DNA of 64,000 bases from Eledone cirrhosa. Lineage: Eukaryota. A model generated the notes under the pieces. That model saw only the letters and a list, made by a program, of their open reading frames with translations, was not told the origin of the DNA and made no database searches. This document shows positions 29,496 to 44,255 of this stretch, in pieces. A program made the translations under genes and the position numbers. The first letter of the stretch is position 1. Each line of letters begins with the position of its first letter. The stretch spans positions 27,404,001-27,468,000 of the forward strand of contig OZ024741.1 of assembly GCA_964016885.1 (NCBI GenBank), in the 5' to 3' direction.

Positions 29496-30298
29496 TATAT
29501 AAGTATGATAACTTTTATTATCATCTGAAAGAAAGATTGAAAAAAGAAAATACAATTTTAATTCACTGTATTATTTATTTAGCGTTTTCTATTTAATGAG
29601 GGAGGAAAGAGCAGTGTCCATGACCCTTTTTAGGGACTGACATTTTATTTATTGTCTTCATCTTTTCATTTTTTATATATAACAAATAAATAACTAAATC
29701 AAATACTGCTGTTCTGAATGAAAGTCATTCAGAATATTTCTCCTCCATCTTGCAAGATGGCGTCAACATATGACTCAGCATTTCAACAGCATCTCACACT
29801 ATTTATTTTTCTTCAACACATAGTAATAAATATAAAAGCATGGACAACAAATATATATATTTGTTGTCAATGCATATGTGTATGTGTGTGTGTGTATATA
29901 TATATATATATTTATATACATATATATTTATCATTGATTAATAAAAGTGGGATCGTTTTAGATTGTAAATCATTCTTATGTTTTTTCCATATATTTTTTT
30001 TCCCCATATAGTCACCATTGTGAAAACTTTTGAGAAACACTTGGCCTATAAAATTTCTAAGAATAAATGACGGTTTTTTTCAATATATATATAACCATCT
30101 TTTTTATTAGACACTTGGCATAGAGTACTCAAAACATGTAATGTAGTAAAGTTTATTTATTTGGAAAAAATGATAATGAGTCAATTTGTCATCAGTCAGA
30201 GTTTCTTAAAACTTTGACCTTTCAGGCAGCAGAAAGATAAATAATTACATGCAGTAAGGAACTCTGAGTAGTCAGTGGTTGAGGGAGTCATCAGCTTT

Positions 30299-30371
<73 letters not shown>

Positions 30372-30495
30372 TTTATTATTAGCACAGATTGTTTAAGCAA
30401 ACAATTTCTGCTTTTATCCTAAACTTTTAATGTGCTAATAATATTAGCTCTACAGTTATATATATATATATATATATATATAACGAAGGAAGTGT

Positions 30496-31068
<573 letters not shown>

Positions 31069-31133
31069 ACAGCATTTTTCTGTTTCAACAGCTATTCTTG
31101 CATTGAGAGTTTTTCTCATTCTTCTAGGAATAT

Positions 31134-31233
<100 letters not shown>

Positions 31234-32926
31234 GTTATGGTTACTGAAATAAAGGAAGTAGGTGGGTGTATTTTGACTGGGAATCAATTAGATTCCTTTT
31301 ACTGTTCATATTTTGTTGTTTTTCTTGTTTGTTTTTTGTTCCTTTGTGTATCAGTAGCAAGAAGTTGGTCAGAGAGGGACTGGTCAGACCCATTGCCCTT
31401 CCCTTTCTGACTTTTTCAGGTTCTCAGAGACTGGTGTGAGGAAGTAGGGAAATTATCCTAAAAAAAAAAACCACCCACATTAAATGCTTCTAACAGCGTG
31501 GAGTTTACTAAAGGCATCCAAAGGCCAGGCAGTGGTGTTAAACCGGGTAACAGATTAAGTTTATCACTAAAAGGGGCCATGGTGAGATTTGAACCCAGAA
31601 CCCAAAGAGCCAGAACAAATACTGTAAGGTATCTTGTCCAACACTGTTACAACTATAGATAATAATAATAATAATAATTTCTTTATTATTGGCCACAAGG
31701 AGGACAATACAAAGACAGGGATAGTGGGGGGGGGGGGGGGGGGGGTATATAAATTTGTGTAAAAACAATAAACAATACAATATCAACAACAGAATTCTCC
31801 AATAGGGGGGATTCCACCCAGGGGTGACGTTAGGAACCCCACAACTCCTAACCCACCTTCATCTCCAAGGGCATCCTAGGAAGGGGCCCCTCTCTCCTTT
31901 AATCTTTCCAGCCTACAAGTATATAGTCAGAGTAAGTCCATTCACACAGGCCATCCTTGCAACAATCTCTTACCTTTTCACAAATATAGGGGGGGGGGGC
32001 ACTTCCCTCTCTATCATCATAATAGTAATTGTTTCTAATTTAGGCACAAGTCTAGCAATTTGATTTTGTGAATTACATTGACCCCACTACATAATTGGTA
32101 CTATATTTTATCAGTTTCAGTAGAGTTTGAATTCAGAATATAAAGATTCTGAACAAATATTGCAAGGCCTCTCATGTGACATTGTAACAACTATGATGAT
32201 AATGATGATGATGATGATGGTGATGATAGTAGTGATGGTGCTAGCCATAGTGGTAATAATGGTAGAAATAAGTGAAGTTTACCATGGTTAGTGTGTGATA
32301 ATGTGTCACTCCCTTCCTCTTCCTCTTCCTCATCATCATCATCATCATCATCATCATTAACATTAATAATAATAGGAATTAAACAAAAAGCTACAGAGAA
32401 TGTTTAAACTCTGATTTGTTTTCTTTCTTGAAATTAGCCAGTAAACATCTAATTAAGTGTAAATTTCATTTGTATATATTGTAAATGATAGTGAGGGGGG
32501 GGGCAGACAGAGAGGAGGGAGAGAGACACAGAAAATTTGAAAAAAAAACTCTGAAACATCAAAGATGGTTCTGTTGATTGTGTTTTTTTAATTATCAGTT
32601 ACTTTGTTCTATTAAAGGAAAAGTATACAATTAGCTATAACGATGGCTTTATCTGGGAAAATGGATGTTTTAGTAGAGATGGCCGAGCCAGTAATAGAAT
32701 GATGGACAAACAACCAAGAGATTGGTGGTTCATCTCATATCATTGGCACTGTGTCCTTCATTATGTTTTTGTTTTCAAATGGCCACCACCCAGCTGTATA
32801 GAAACAACACACACACACACTTGACATTTAAGAAATCATTAACAAATAGTTAAAGTTTGTCTTACTCCTGAATTGGTATGATCATTATTTTATTTGCTCT
32901 TTAGAGACTGAATATATATATATATT

Positions 32927-33258
32927 AGTGGTTAGAGCATTGGCCTTGCAATCGAAAGGTTGTGAGTTCAATTCTCAGACCGGGTGATGTGTTGTTTCCT
33001 TGAGCAAGACACTTTATTTCACATTGCTCCAGTTTACTCAGCTGTAGAAATGAGATGATAGGGACTGGGGTCCATATCATTCCACTGTAAAGTGGTCGTG
33101 GAGGTGCCACGGCAAAAAAGCACCCAGCACTCACTATAAATGAGGTTGGTGTTAGGAAGGGCATCCAGCTGTAGAAATCAAGCCAGAATCAGTTCCCGTC
33201 CCACCCTTGCAAGCAGGGAAAAAGTGGACGTAAAATGAAATGATGATGATGATGATGA
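32927..33258 (+). mobile_element. CORE-like SINE with RTE-type 3' tail ending in (ATG)n
   Basis: tRNA-like head and core. The 3' end GGAAGGGCATCCAGC...GGACGTAAAATGA(TGA)n is shared with the RTE 3' UTR at 52833-52985. A highly similar inverted copy lies at 52320-52632. Confidence 0.85.
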
Positions 33259-33264
33259 TATATA

Positions 33265-33373
33265 TATTAAAATAACAGATTAAAGTTTAAGCAAAGAATC
33301 ACTGCTTTCAGCCTTAACGGGATCTTCTGAAAGCAGCGATTCTTTGCTTAAACTTTAATCTGTTATTTTAATA
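33265..33373. repeat. Short fold-back element next to (TA)n; single-arm copy at 16690-16757
   Basis: Arms TATTAAAATAACAGATTAAAGTTTAAGCAAAGAATC.CTGCTTTCAG and its reverse complement. Confidence 0.8.
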
Positions 33374-33638
33374 AATATTTGCTCTAGGGTTCTTATATAT
33401 TTGATATATATTATCCTTATCGAGCCCTCTTTGGATTTTAGCCTTCACATTTATTATTATTATTACTGGCAGTATCGGTAGAGGGTCGGACGCCATGCTT
33501 TCCAGCATAGTTACGTCCCTTTACGGTCTGAGTTCAAATCCCGTCAAGGTTAACTTTGCCTTTCATCCTTACGGGGTCGATAAAATAAAGTTCCAGTAAT
33601 GTACTGGGTGGCCTTGTGCCCAAAGTAGAAACAATTAT

Positions 33639-33674
<36 letters not shown>

Positions 33675-33765
33675 GTGTTAAACGATATTCAATGATTATG
33701 TCAAAGAATGAGTTTTACAGTAGATTGAAAGCACTCTACGGAAAAATAATTTTCCGGAGTTATTA

Positions 33766-34092
33766 ATATTAAAATATAAATATTAATAAAATAGATGTTC
33801 TTTTGATCAATTACATTTTATTATACATATTTCAGATGTACAACAGTACGTCCTCATCAGACAAAATATAATGATACAAAATATAATGATGCATGACATA
33901 CCCTGATATGTTAAATGGTTAAGATTTGTTAAGACTACCTTGATTAAATCTTAACCATTTAACATATCAGGGTATGTCATGTATCATTATATTTTGTCTG
34001 ATGAGGACGTACTGTTGTACATCCGAAATATGTATAATAAAATGTAATTGATCAAAAGAACATCTATTTTATTAATATTTATATTTTAATAT
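33766..34092. mobile_element. Fold-back element, family A, with a hammerhead ribozyme in each arm (Penelope-like)
   Basis: ~150-bp near-perfect arms around an 18-nt spacer (33928-33945), close to (TA)n on both sides. Confidence 0.85.
33986..34048 (+). ncRNA. Type I hammerhead ribozyme (mirror copy 33810-33872 on the minus strand)
   Basis: AUUAUAUUUUGU-CUGAUGA-GGACGUAC(UGUU)GUACAUCC-GAA-AUAUGUAU-A-AUAAAAUGUAAU. It has a 12-bp stem I, an intact core and a self-complementary stem III. Predicted cleavage after 34036. Confidence 0.82.
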
Positions 34093-34106
34093 ATATATAT
34101 ATATAG

Positions 34107-34170
<64 letters not shown>

Positions 34171-35104
34171 GTCTCTTCTTTATAAAACCAGAAAAAAAAC
34201 ACTTCATTCCCAAGTATAAGCAGAAGCAGCATTGTGAAATTGTTGTGTGTTTCATTAGGCGGCAGTGCCAAGTTCAATTATTCCTACTGAGGATGATCTG
34301 GGGAAACCTTTATTTCAAGATTTTAGGATAGCATTAAATATTTAGGTGTAGGTAGGAATATTAAGGAATATTCTAACCTACTTGTTGAATTACTTAGATT
34401 TTTCCATGCTAAACCAGATATGAAAACCCAGTCTGTTCCAACTTCTTGGTATTTTAAGTTTAATCTATCATCATTCAAGAAAATCACTTTTATCAGGACC
34501 CAATGTTCTAACTATGGTATACATCTAAATATCTGTTAAACCATTACATGGCAGCAGGGTGTATTATTGTCTATGCAGGACATAAACAAAGACACCTCTT
34601 GCTTTTTATAACTGGTCTCATGTTTTGCAGGAACTGGCAAACACACACACACACACACATATACATACATACTGTGAAATTATAAAACCAGAAGAACATA
34701 TATATCACACACATATATACATACATACCACACACATATATACATACATACCACACACACATATATACATAGATTTCATGTCCAGTGTTATTACAGTGAA
34801 AAAGAATATTAGCAAGGATTAGCAATGCAGGTCCCATGATAGGTTTCATACATCATACAGACCTTTTACAGCTAGAAGCCCTTCCTGATACCAACACTTT
34901 TAGTCGTTTGTTACAACACACAGGGATACAGTTTACCGATTCCTATTATTTATTTATTTATGTTTATATTCCTTTTATTTATACATTGATCTACAACCTA
35001 TTATTCCTGTGACTCAAGGGCTTAAGTGCATTTTTCAAATTAGTGTAAACTGTCGCACTTGGTGCAGAATTGATGGTCGTTTTTGTTTTTATTTCTCCTT
35101 TTTT

Positions 35105-35167
<63 letters not shown>

Positions 35168-37918
35168 CTTTAATCATACATTTTGGTGTTATATTTGTAA
35201 GGTTTCTAGCAACAGTTAATTGTATTTATTATATGTGTTTATATTTTCATTTTGAAAGAATTGTGAACAATTTGTAATGTTATATATACAATTGTTTAAA
35301 GGGTGCTCTTAAGAACAAAATCTCTGACCCTTGTGTTACTTCATAACTAGGATAATATATACACCACTATCCATATATTGAGTTCTGTTCTTCCTATTTT
35401 CACAGCTAAACTTATCCTCCTCATAGTTTTATATATATTTAGTTAAATTGTTTTTTCACTTGGATGGAGTCAAACTGAAACAGTAATACTTAGTAACATA
35501 TACCATGCACATATATATGCACACGCACATATATAAATACATACGCACATATATACATACACAATGGTGGTGCCCCGGCATGGCTTCAGCCTGTCGGCTG
35601 GTACACGTAATAGACTAATACACACACATTTATACATACACATACATATATATATACATGCACATATACACACATGCATTTGTGTTCCAGGTTCATCCCA
35701 CTGTGTATGATGTATGGCATTTGTGTCTTGAACTGTAGCCTCAATTGACTATTGGTATCTGGAGACTGTGCTGAAGCCTATTATATATATATATATATAT
35801 ATATCATTTCATTTTACGTCCGCTTTTTCCCTGCTTGCAAGGGTGGGACGGTAACTGATTTGGCTTGATTTCTACAGCTGGATGCCCTTCTTAACACCAA
35901 CCTCATATATATATGAAATTTTATAAGAATCTAACTTCTATAATTTTCAGCGGAAGCAGGGGAGTACGTGGCTCTGATGAACACCAACCAACATGACACA
36001 GACTGTCAGCTTCTCTCCCTTCTTTCACCGAAAAGAAGTGACATAGTCACTACTTTAAAACCGATAGCGTATGGTCATCTAAATGTTTTTAATTAAACAT
36101 ATGGTATATTGCCAAATATACTATACATACATTCATGTATACATATAAGTAAAATAAGTTAATCATTTCTCATTTTCACCAATGAGAATTCCAGTTCTTT
36201 GATGATTCAACACCAGCTATGTCTACCCTTAATGACATGTTAAGCAGAAATAATGTCACACTGTGTTTTTGTGGTAAAGCTGCTCCTTTGAATTATAAGT
36301 ACAATTCAACAGACAGGCTTCCACACAGTTTCTGTCTACCTACTTTCACTCACACATTACATAACTCAGGAAAGAATACAACCTACAACCTTACTTCATG
36401 CATGCTGTCAGTATTCTCAGACAACAGTTATGTCTGCCTGTAATATTGTCATCAAATCTAAACGAGACTGTTTGTCCAGTTGAATCTGATCTTTCATACA
36501 GATCTCTTCTAACAGTGACTATACCCAACTCCTACACTTTCCTATCCTTCCATATACTAACAAAGCTTATCTCCTCCATTCATCATATTCTATCCCTGTG
36601 TTGTGTTTGGTTCCCATGGAATTCTTTCTCAGAGATTCTCTTCATACTCTCTCTCTCTCTCTCAGAACCTGTCCTGTTGTATTTCATTCTGTCTTTCTCT
36701 TATGACTGACCAATGACAATCTTGAGATTATAGAAGATACTCCTAGCTTGACCAATCTTGAGACTACAAATATAGAAGATACTCCTAGCTTGACCAATCA
36801 GTGTGAGCTAAACCCTCTCCCCTTTTGCTTATGACAGACTTAGATTGTGTTGCTCCATCAGGTTCAAAGCCCACCAGGGCCCTAAGCCCCCTGGGTCACA
36901 ACTTTTATCCAGCAAACCTAGATTTATTTGTATATAGGAACTGTGGTATATCTAGAAACAGAAGCTGTTAATGGTTATTGGAAGTTCAAAATCTTGTCTA
37001 AGTTGAAGTCTTAAACAATTGGTTAGGGTTTTGATGGGGGTGGGTGGGGTGGGTAATTTATAGATATTGAGTGCTATGTTATGTTGGTTGCTTTTAAAAG
37101 TCATGTAGAGAGAGATTGTGTATGAGAGAGAGAATGAGTGAGGTTTGTCATTATTTGATGGAAAATTAGTTGGGCTCCAAACCACCATTAAAACAAAACC
37201 CCCAAAAAAAGGAAGAAAAAAGTTTCATTTATTTATTTATTTATTTATCATTTCATATGTAAAGTAAATCACATTTTAATTTTTAAAAATTAAAAAAAAA
37301 TGAAAGAAAAATGAAAAACTGCAAAATTCTCAGCATCTTTTCCATAACAACAACAACCACAGCCACAACAACAATAATAATTCAATATTGAAACCTTTTT
37401 TTTTTCTTTCATTTCTCATCAAATATAAAACAAAAAAATTATATTTTTTAAAGTTTTTATCAAAATCATTTCATTGAATTTTTCATCATTTTTTCTTTTT
37501 TTTTTTTTTTTTTTTCATATTAAAACCATTTTTTTAATTAAAGGAAATATGTTAAAACATTTTACCGAAAAAAAAAAATTGTGTAAAAACAACAACAAAA
37601 AAATGAGTAAACAATGAGTTTCATTTTTTTAATTATTTATATTTATTTATTTATTATTTTTGGTAAATTACTCATTTTGAGAATTTGTCTATGTTGGACG
37701 AATCTGCTCGCATTTATTATGAAGTTTGTTTACTTCACAATTAATTTTGAATGATTTTAAATTACTTTTGTTTCATTCTGCACAAATAATAAACATTTAC
37801 TTAAGTTTCTCTGTGAAATTTTATCTATTTATTTTACACCAAAAGACTCACAAAATAACAAAGAAAAAAAAACATCCTTCCCCTCCCTCCATTTCTCAGA
37901 CTTTCTATTTCTCACCCC

Positions 37919-37952
<34 letters not shown>

Positions 37953-38049
37953 CTACCTGTCTATCTATATATATTTCTGTCTATCTACCTGTCTATCTGC
38001 CTGTCTATATGTCTATCTGCCTGTCTATCTATGTGTGTGTGTGTGTTTG

Positions 38050-38330
38050 GCTCACAGTCGTAAGGTTGTGAGTTTGATTCCCAGCAACACATTATATCCT
38101 TGAGCAAGACATTTTATTTCATGTTGTTCCAATTCCCTCAGCTGGCAAAAATAAGTTATCCTTATAATTCAGAGGTCCAGCCTTATCACATAGTGTGTCA
38201 TGCTGAATCTCCCTAAGAACTAGGTTAAAGTTACACATGTCTGTGGAATACTCAGCCACTTGCACGTTAATTCCACAAGCAGGCAGTTCCATTGTTCAAG
38301 CAACTGGTACACTAATCGTCGGAACCGACA
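38050..38330 (+). mobile_element. CORE-like SINE
   Basis: Similar along its length to 18708-19000. Confidence 0.75.
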
Positions 38331-39535
38331 GATGTCCAACACACATGCATACACACTATCTGTCTATCTCTCTGTCTGTCTAGCTCTCTGTCTATCTCTC
38401 TATCTATGTATCTCTCTGTCTATGTATCTCTCTGTCTCTGTATCTCTCTATCCACCTTTCTTATTTTAAAATGGAGAATTGTTGAAAAAGAATGAAGAAA
38501 ATAACAACAACAAAAACAGTAATAATAATAATAATAATAATAATAATGGTAATAATAATAAACATTTATTCCAGTTTTCTCTGTGGAATTCTCTTAACTA
38601 TTTATTCATGCAAAAACTCTCACAAAATTACACCACCACTCCACTGGAAAAAAATCAACAAAAGACAAAGACGAGGAAGAAATATCGCCATCACTATCAT
38701 TGTCACCATCATTTCTTTCATCTAAAATCTTGTCTTTCCAATTTCACCAAAAGAAAAAAAATTACAAAATAAATGAAGATTTAGTGAAAAAGATAAAGAA
38801 ACATGAAAAACGTCGGATAACATCGTAAAAAATGACAAAGGAAAAGAAAACATTTCTTCTTTTAAAAAAAATATTTGTTATCTCTGGCCTTAATCAAAAC
38901 AAAGTAAACAAAACCATACACATGACCCCTACTTCCACCAAAACAACCCCTACTTCCACCAAAACAACCCCTTCTTTGTTCTAAAAAAAAAAAAAAACTC
39001 TTCCCCAACAATAATTCTAACCTGTGTTGCTACTATTCTATCCATTGCTGTATTTAAATAATTATTTTTCTGTCATTCTTTAAATAATTGCAACAAAAGA
39101 TCTTGAAAAACAAACACAGAAAACACACAAAAATATATTATTATTATTATTATTATTATTTCACTTAATTTTAAATGAAAAGGACAAAAATGGAGGTAGA
39201 AGACAACCCAATCTCGCCCACCCTTTCACCCAAAAAAAGAAGACATTCAAGAATGTACAACAGCCCCCCCCCCCCCCCCAAAAAAAAACAGTGAAGAAGA
39301 AGAGAAAGAAGAACCCAATTGGTAAATGTGGGGTTATTTTGAAAGTGTCTTTATAATTTATATTTTGGTAATTTTTCAGTTTGTTGAATCCCAATGTAGG
39401 CACACACTCCCTCCAATTTTCTTTAACACACCACACACAGCCATTGAATAAATTGAGAAGCTTTACTGTATTCTGTATGTATGTATTCTGTATGTGTATA
39501 TATATATATATATATATCAAGTTTAATATAAAAAT

Positions 39536-39587
39536 GGCTTCTACAGGACTAGAACTGTTTCATTCAAAAGAAATCATCAGGAAAGCC
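39536..39587 (-). ncRNA. Type I hammerhead ribozyme, family B, within fold-back 39519-39610
   Basis: GGCUUUC-CUGAUGA-UUUC(UUUU)GAAU-GAA-ACAG(UUCUAGUC)CUGU-A-GAAGCC. Intact core and GUA triplet, but a weak stem II with U-U at its base. Confidence 0.65.
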
Positions 39588-40174
39588 CTGATGATTTCTA
39601 TATTAAACTTTATGCTTACATTCTATTAATGTATTGAGTATCTTACTAACTGTATTACCCCTGGTTGAACCCGGGACTCACACACACACATATATATGTG
39701 TGTGTGTGTGTGTAATAGGGATGTATATGACAGCTTATATTGTGAATTGGCAGTATCAGTAGAGGGTCGGACGCCATGCTTTGACGCATCGAGTTACGGC
39801 CCTTGCCATTCTGAGTTTGAATCTCGCCGAGGTTAACTTTTCCTTTCACCCTTACGGGGTCGATAAAATAAAGTACCAGTAATGTACTGGGATAATTGCT
39901 GGCCTTGTGCCAATAGTAGAAACAATTATATGATTATATACATAAAACATATGAGAGCCTTACTATCAAAGAAAAAATATTTTTTCGTTATGAATTATGC
40001 AAAAATTATTTTTCTCTCTTTTGCTCTGAACTTGTCAGATATCTCAGTAGTAGTTGAGATTGCCAGACAACTGTTTCAAGATTCATTAATCTCTCATCAG
40101 TAACATTCACTCAACCAGAGATGAAAATAGAACTGAGTTGATATAGATTTTGTGTGATTAACATTTATTGGAGA

Positions 40175-40260
40175 TGCTCATTTGCATAGAGCAAATAGAA
40201 AATATTGGCTGTAACTGCTCATTTGCATATACTGCGAATTTGGCTGGTTATAATTAATTA
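40175..40260. promoter_or_regulatory. Paired extended octamer (POU-binding) sites plus TAATTAATTA
   Basis: TGCTCATTTGCATA at 40175-40188 and 40216-40229 with unrelated flanks. Homeodomain-type TAATTAATTA at 40251. Confidence 0.45.
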
Positions 40261-40455
40261 CTGCCAACTTAGTATATGTGTGTCTCTTATCATACAGTAT
40301 TAAGATTTTTCAACATATCTCTTTCTGTCTATATATCTATCTATCAATATATCTATCTAACTACCTATCTATCTACCTACCTAGCTATCTATCTATCTAG
40401 CTAGCTATCTACCTCTTACATATCTATTTATCATCTCTTTTATACATCTATTTCT

Positions 40456-40502
<47 letters not shown>

Positions 40503-40684
40503 GCTACCGCTACTGCTGCTGTTGTAAAGGCTTATATTAATTTCAAATAACAACACTACAGATATTTTAAAAACAGAAAGTGAAGGGAAGGGCAGGGACT
40601 CTTGGGTCAGTGAAGAATGGGGTATAGGGGAGGGGGATTATTGATATTTATTTATGATGTAGTGGTGGGTTTCTTGATCATTCT

Positions 40685-42515
40685 TACCACCACCACCACC
40701 AACATCATCATCACTATTATTACCACCCCTACCATTACCACCACCATCACTACCACCACCACCACCACCACCATCACTACCACCACCACCATCACTACCA
40801 TTACCACCACCACCACCACCATCACTACCATTACCACTACCATCACTACCATTACCACCACCATCATCACTATTATTACCTCCACTACCATTACCACCAC
40901 CACCACCACCATCACTACCATTACCACTACCACTACTACCACCATCACTACCATTACCACCATCATCACTATTATTACCACTACTACCATTACCACCACC
41001 ACTACCACCACCACCACCAACACCACCACCATCACTATCACCACCATTACCACCATCACTACTATTACCACCACCATCACTACTATAACCACCACCATTA
41101 CCACTACCACCACCACCATTACAACTACCACCACCACTACTACCACCACCATTACCACCAACACCACTACCATACCTACCATTATCATCACTACTACCAC
41201 CATCACTATTGTCATTATACACACACACACACTCACTGACACACACTCACAGGCACATACTCACAAGCACACACTTTCACAAACACACACACACACTCAC
41301 AGACACACTCACAGACTCATACGCTGACAGACACACACACTCACTAACACACACACTCACTGACACACACTCACTGACACACACACTCACTCACACACAC
41401 ACTCTCACAGACACACTCTCTAACATACACTCTCACAGATACACACTCACAGGCACACACACTCACTGACACACACACACTCACTGACACACACACTCAC
41501 TGACACACACACTCACTGACACACACACACTCACTGACACACACACTCTCACAGACACACACACTCACTGACACACACACACACACACTCACTGACACAC
41601 ACTCTCACACACACACACTCACTGACACTCTCACAGACACACACTCACTGACACACACACTCACTAACACACACACTCACTGACACACACACACTCACTG
41701 ACACACACACTCACTGAGACACACACACACACACACACACTGACACACACACTCACTGACATACACACTCACTGACACACACACACACACACACTGACAC
41801 ACACACACTCACTGACATACACACTCACTGACACACACACACTCACTGACACACACACACACACTGACACACACACACACACCGACACACACACACTCAC
41901 CGACACACACACACTCACTGACACACACACACTCACTGACACACACACACACTGACACACACACACACACTGACAGACACACACTCACTGACACACACAC
42001 ACACACACACTGACACACACACACACACACACACTGACACACACACACACTGACACACACACACACACACACACTCACTGACACACACACACTCACTGAC
42101 ACACACACACACACACACACTGACACACACACACACTGACACACACACACACTGACACACACTCACTGACACACACACACACACTGACACACACACACAC
42201 ACAGACAGACAAAATGTTAAGAGAGATTACTTTATAGACCAAACTATAAACTTCTTGGTTCTCCTCTTGTGTGGTGTTGTCATCATCATCATTGTCATCA
42301 TCATCATCGTCATCATTGTCATCACCATCATCACCATCATCATCATCATCACCATCATCACCATCATCATCATCATCATCATCATCATTGTCATCATCAT
42401 CATTGTCATCATCATCATCATCATCATCATCACCATTGTCACCATCATTGTCATCACCATCATTGTCATCATCATCATCACCATCATTGTCATCAACCAT
42501 CATCATCATCACCAT
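40685..42515. repeat. Compound low-complexity block: (ACC/ATC)n, then CACACACTCACTGA-type repeat, then (CAT)n
   Basis: Directly visible. Accounts for the poly-T/V/G/H/D ORFs in the track. Confidence 0.92.
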
Positions 42516-42519
42516 TATC

Positions 42520-42830
42520 ATAGGGGTCGATAAAATAAAGTACCAGTAATACACTGGAGTCGATTTAATCGACTTTCCCCTTCCCCAAAAATTGCTGGCC
42601 TTGTGCCTATAGTAGAAACCATTATTATTATTATTAACAGTGGATTGGCAGTATCAGTAGAGTGTCGGACACCATGCTTTGCAGCATACAGTTACGTCCC
42701 TTTATGTTCTGAGTTCAAATCCCGCCGAGATTAGCTTTGCCTTTTATCTTTACAGGGTCGATAAAGTACCAGTAATGCAATCTGGTCGATTTAATCAACT
42801 TTCTCCTTCCCTTCAAATTTCTGGCCTTGT
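42520..42830 (+). mobile_element. Tandem SINE group B copies (5'-truncated plus near-complete)
   Basis: GGGGTCGATAAAATAAAGTACCAG body and TTATTA tail. Confidence 0.8.
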
Positions 42831-44223
42831 TAACCTACTCTCAGGTCCCAAATAATAAGAGGAGGGGAATAAGCAGGGGGGGGGGGGGTTAGAAAATCAG
42901 TGATTTTTTTAGGTTCTCCGTTGATTTTTTAAAAACCAGAATTAGTAATTTAGTTTACATATTGAGACCCCAACCCATCCTATTTATTTTATAACATATG
43001 GGATTTCAAGTAATGCACTTTTTTTGTCATACATAATGTTTTTTAATGTATAAAGAAAGTTAATTGTTGCAGGAATGCTGCCACTTAAAATAGAATTTTG
43101 CCAGAGATAGATTAGTAAAATTTAATAAGTGGGAGTGGGGGGAATCTGAAAAATTAATAAGTCATGGAGGGATGATTATTTGAGAACCAAAAGTAAATGA
43201 GGACTGAGTTAAATAAGATTGTTAAAACATGCCCAGATGGAGAAATACCTTAAATATTAAGTCTCATTTTTTTTATTACTTCACTTTTCTTCTAGAAATT
43301 TCTCCATGTTTCACTTTGAAAAAAATAATGACAAAACTAAAAAAAAAAAATGAGAGAGAAATAAAGAAATTGTGAAAGTTATTTTTGAAAAATTGGTAAA
43401 AAAAAAAAAAAAAGCCCAGAAAAATTATATTTAACCTTCAGTGCCCTCTAGGCGCCTTATGTCACCAATAGAGTGATCCGCCCTTAATACATAATACAGT
43501 GTCAAGGGAAGCAATTCATAAAAAAATCAGTGTGCTAAAGATTAAGATAGGAGAATCAGATATGTTATTTTCTTGTACTAAAATATGCAGAATTCAGCAC
43601 CAAAACAGAAATATCACATGGAGTTAATTGGTAGGACTGCATTGGTATTTTACCTGCTGAGAGAGGATGAAGTATGTATCTTGAAACAGAGAGTGAGGAT
43701 TACAATTCTTATATACAGGGTATATATATATATATATATATTAAATTTAATCCCAAATCTCACTTTAGAGACAGTTAAGTGTGGAGTTATAAATTAATAT
43801 ATCATGCAAGCGTGGAACACGGACGCTAAACCTGATGATGATGATGATGATGATGATATATAAAATGTATATTCTATATCCTGTATAACACTGGATCTTG
43901 TATCTTGCATACAACAAAGAAAAGGTGGATTTTATTATCCTCGAGACAAATCAAAAATGAAATTGTTTACACAGAATATAAAGATATATATATATATATA
44001 TATATATAACCAGATGGTTGTTTAGTTGTTGATTGTCAAAGCTCTTTCATCACACATTCTGTGACCTCCTCAGTGACTACGTTTGTAGTTATTTTGTGTC
44101 TTTGCTTTGTTCTGTCCTACACCATCTTGTTATATATATGTACTCACACAACCCCTCCTCTGCATATATACTCACACACACATACATACACATACACACA
44201 CACATATATATATATATATATAC

Positions 44224-44255
<32 letters not shown>

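Noticed and set aside
32927-33000. tRNA gene
   Set aside because: The tRNA-like A/B boxes are SINE heads that continue into core and LINE-derived tail.
33265-33373. Hammerhead in this fold-back and at 16690-16757
   Set aside because: The core reads CAGAAGA in both copies, and stems I and III could not be paired convincingly.
34286-34320. CTGAGGA...GAAAC hammerhead-like words
   Set aside because: No credible stem II or stem I pairing.
40617-42554. Mucin-like, Gly-rich and poly-Asp/His ORFs
   Set aside because: Pure microsatellite translations, open on both strands.
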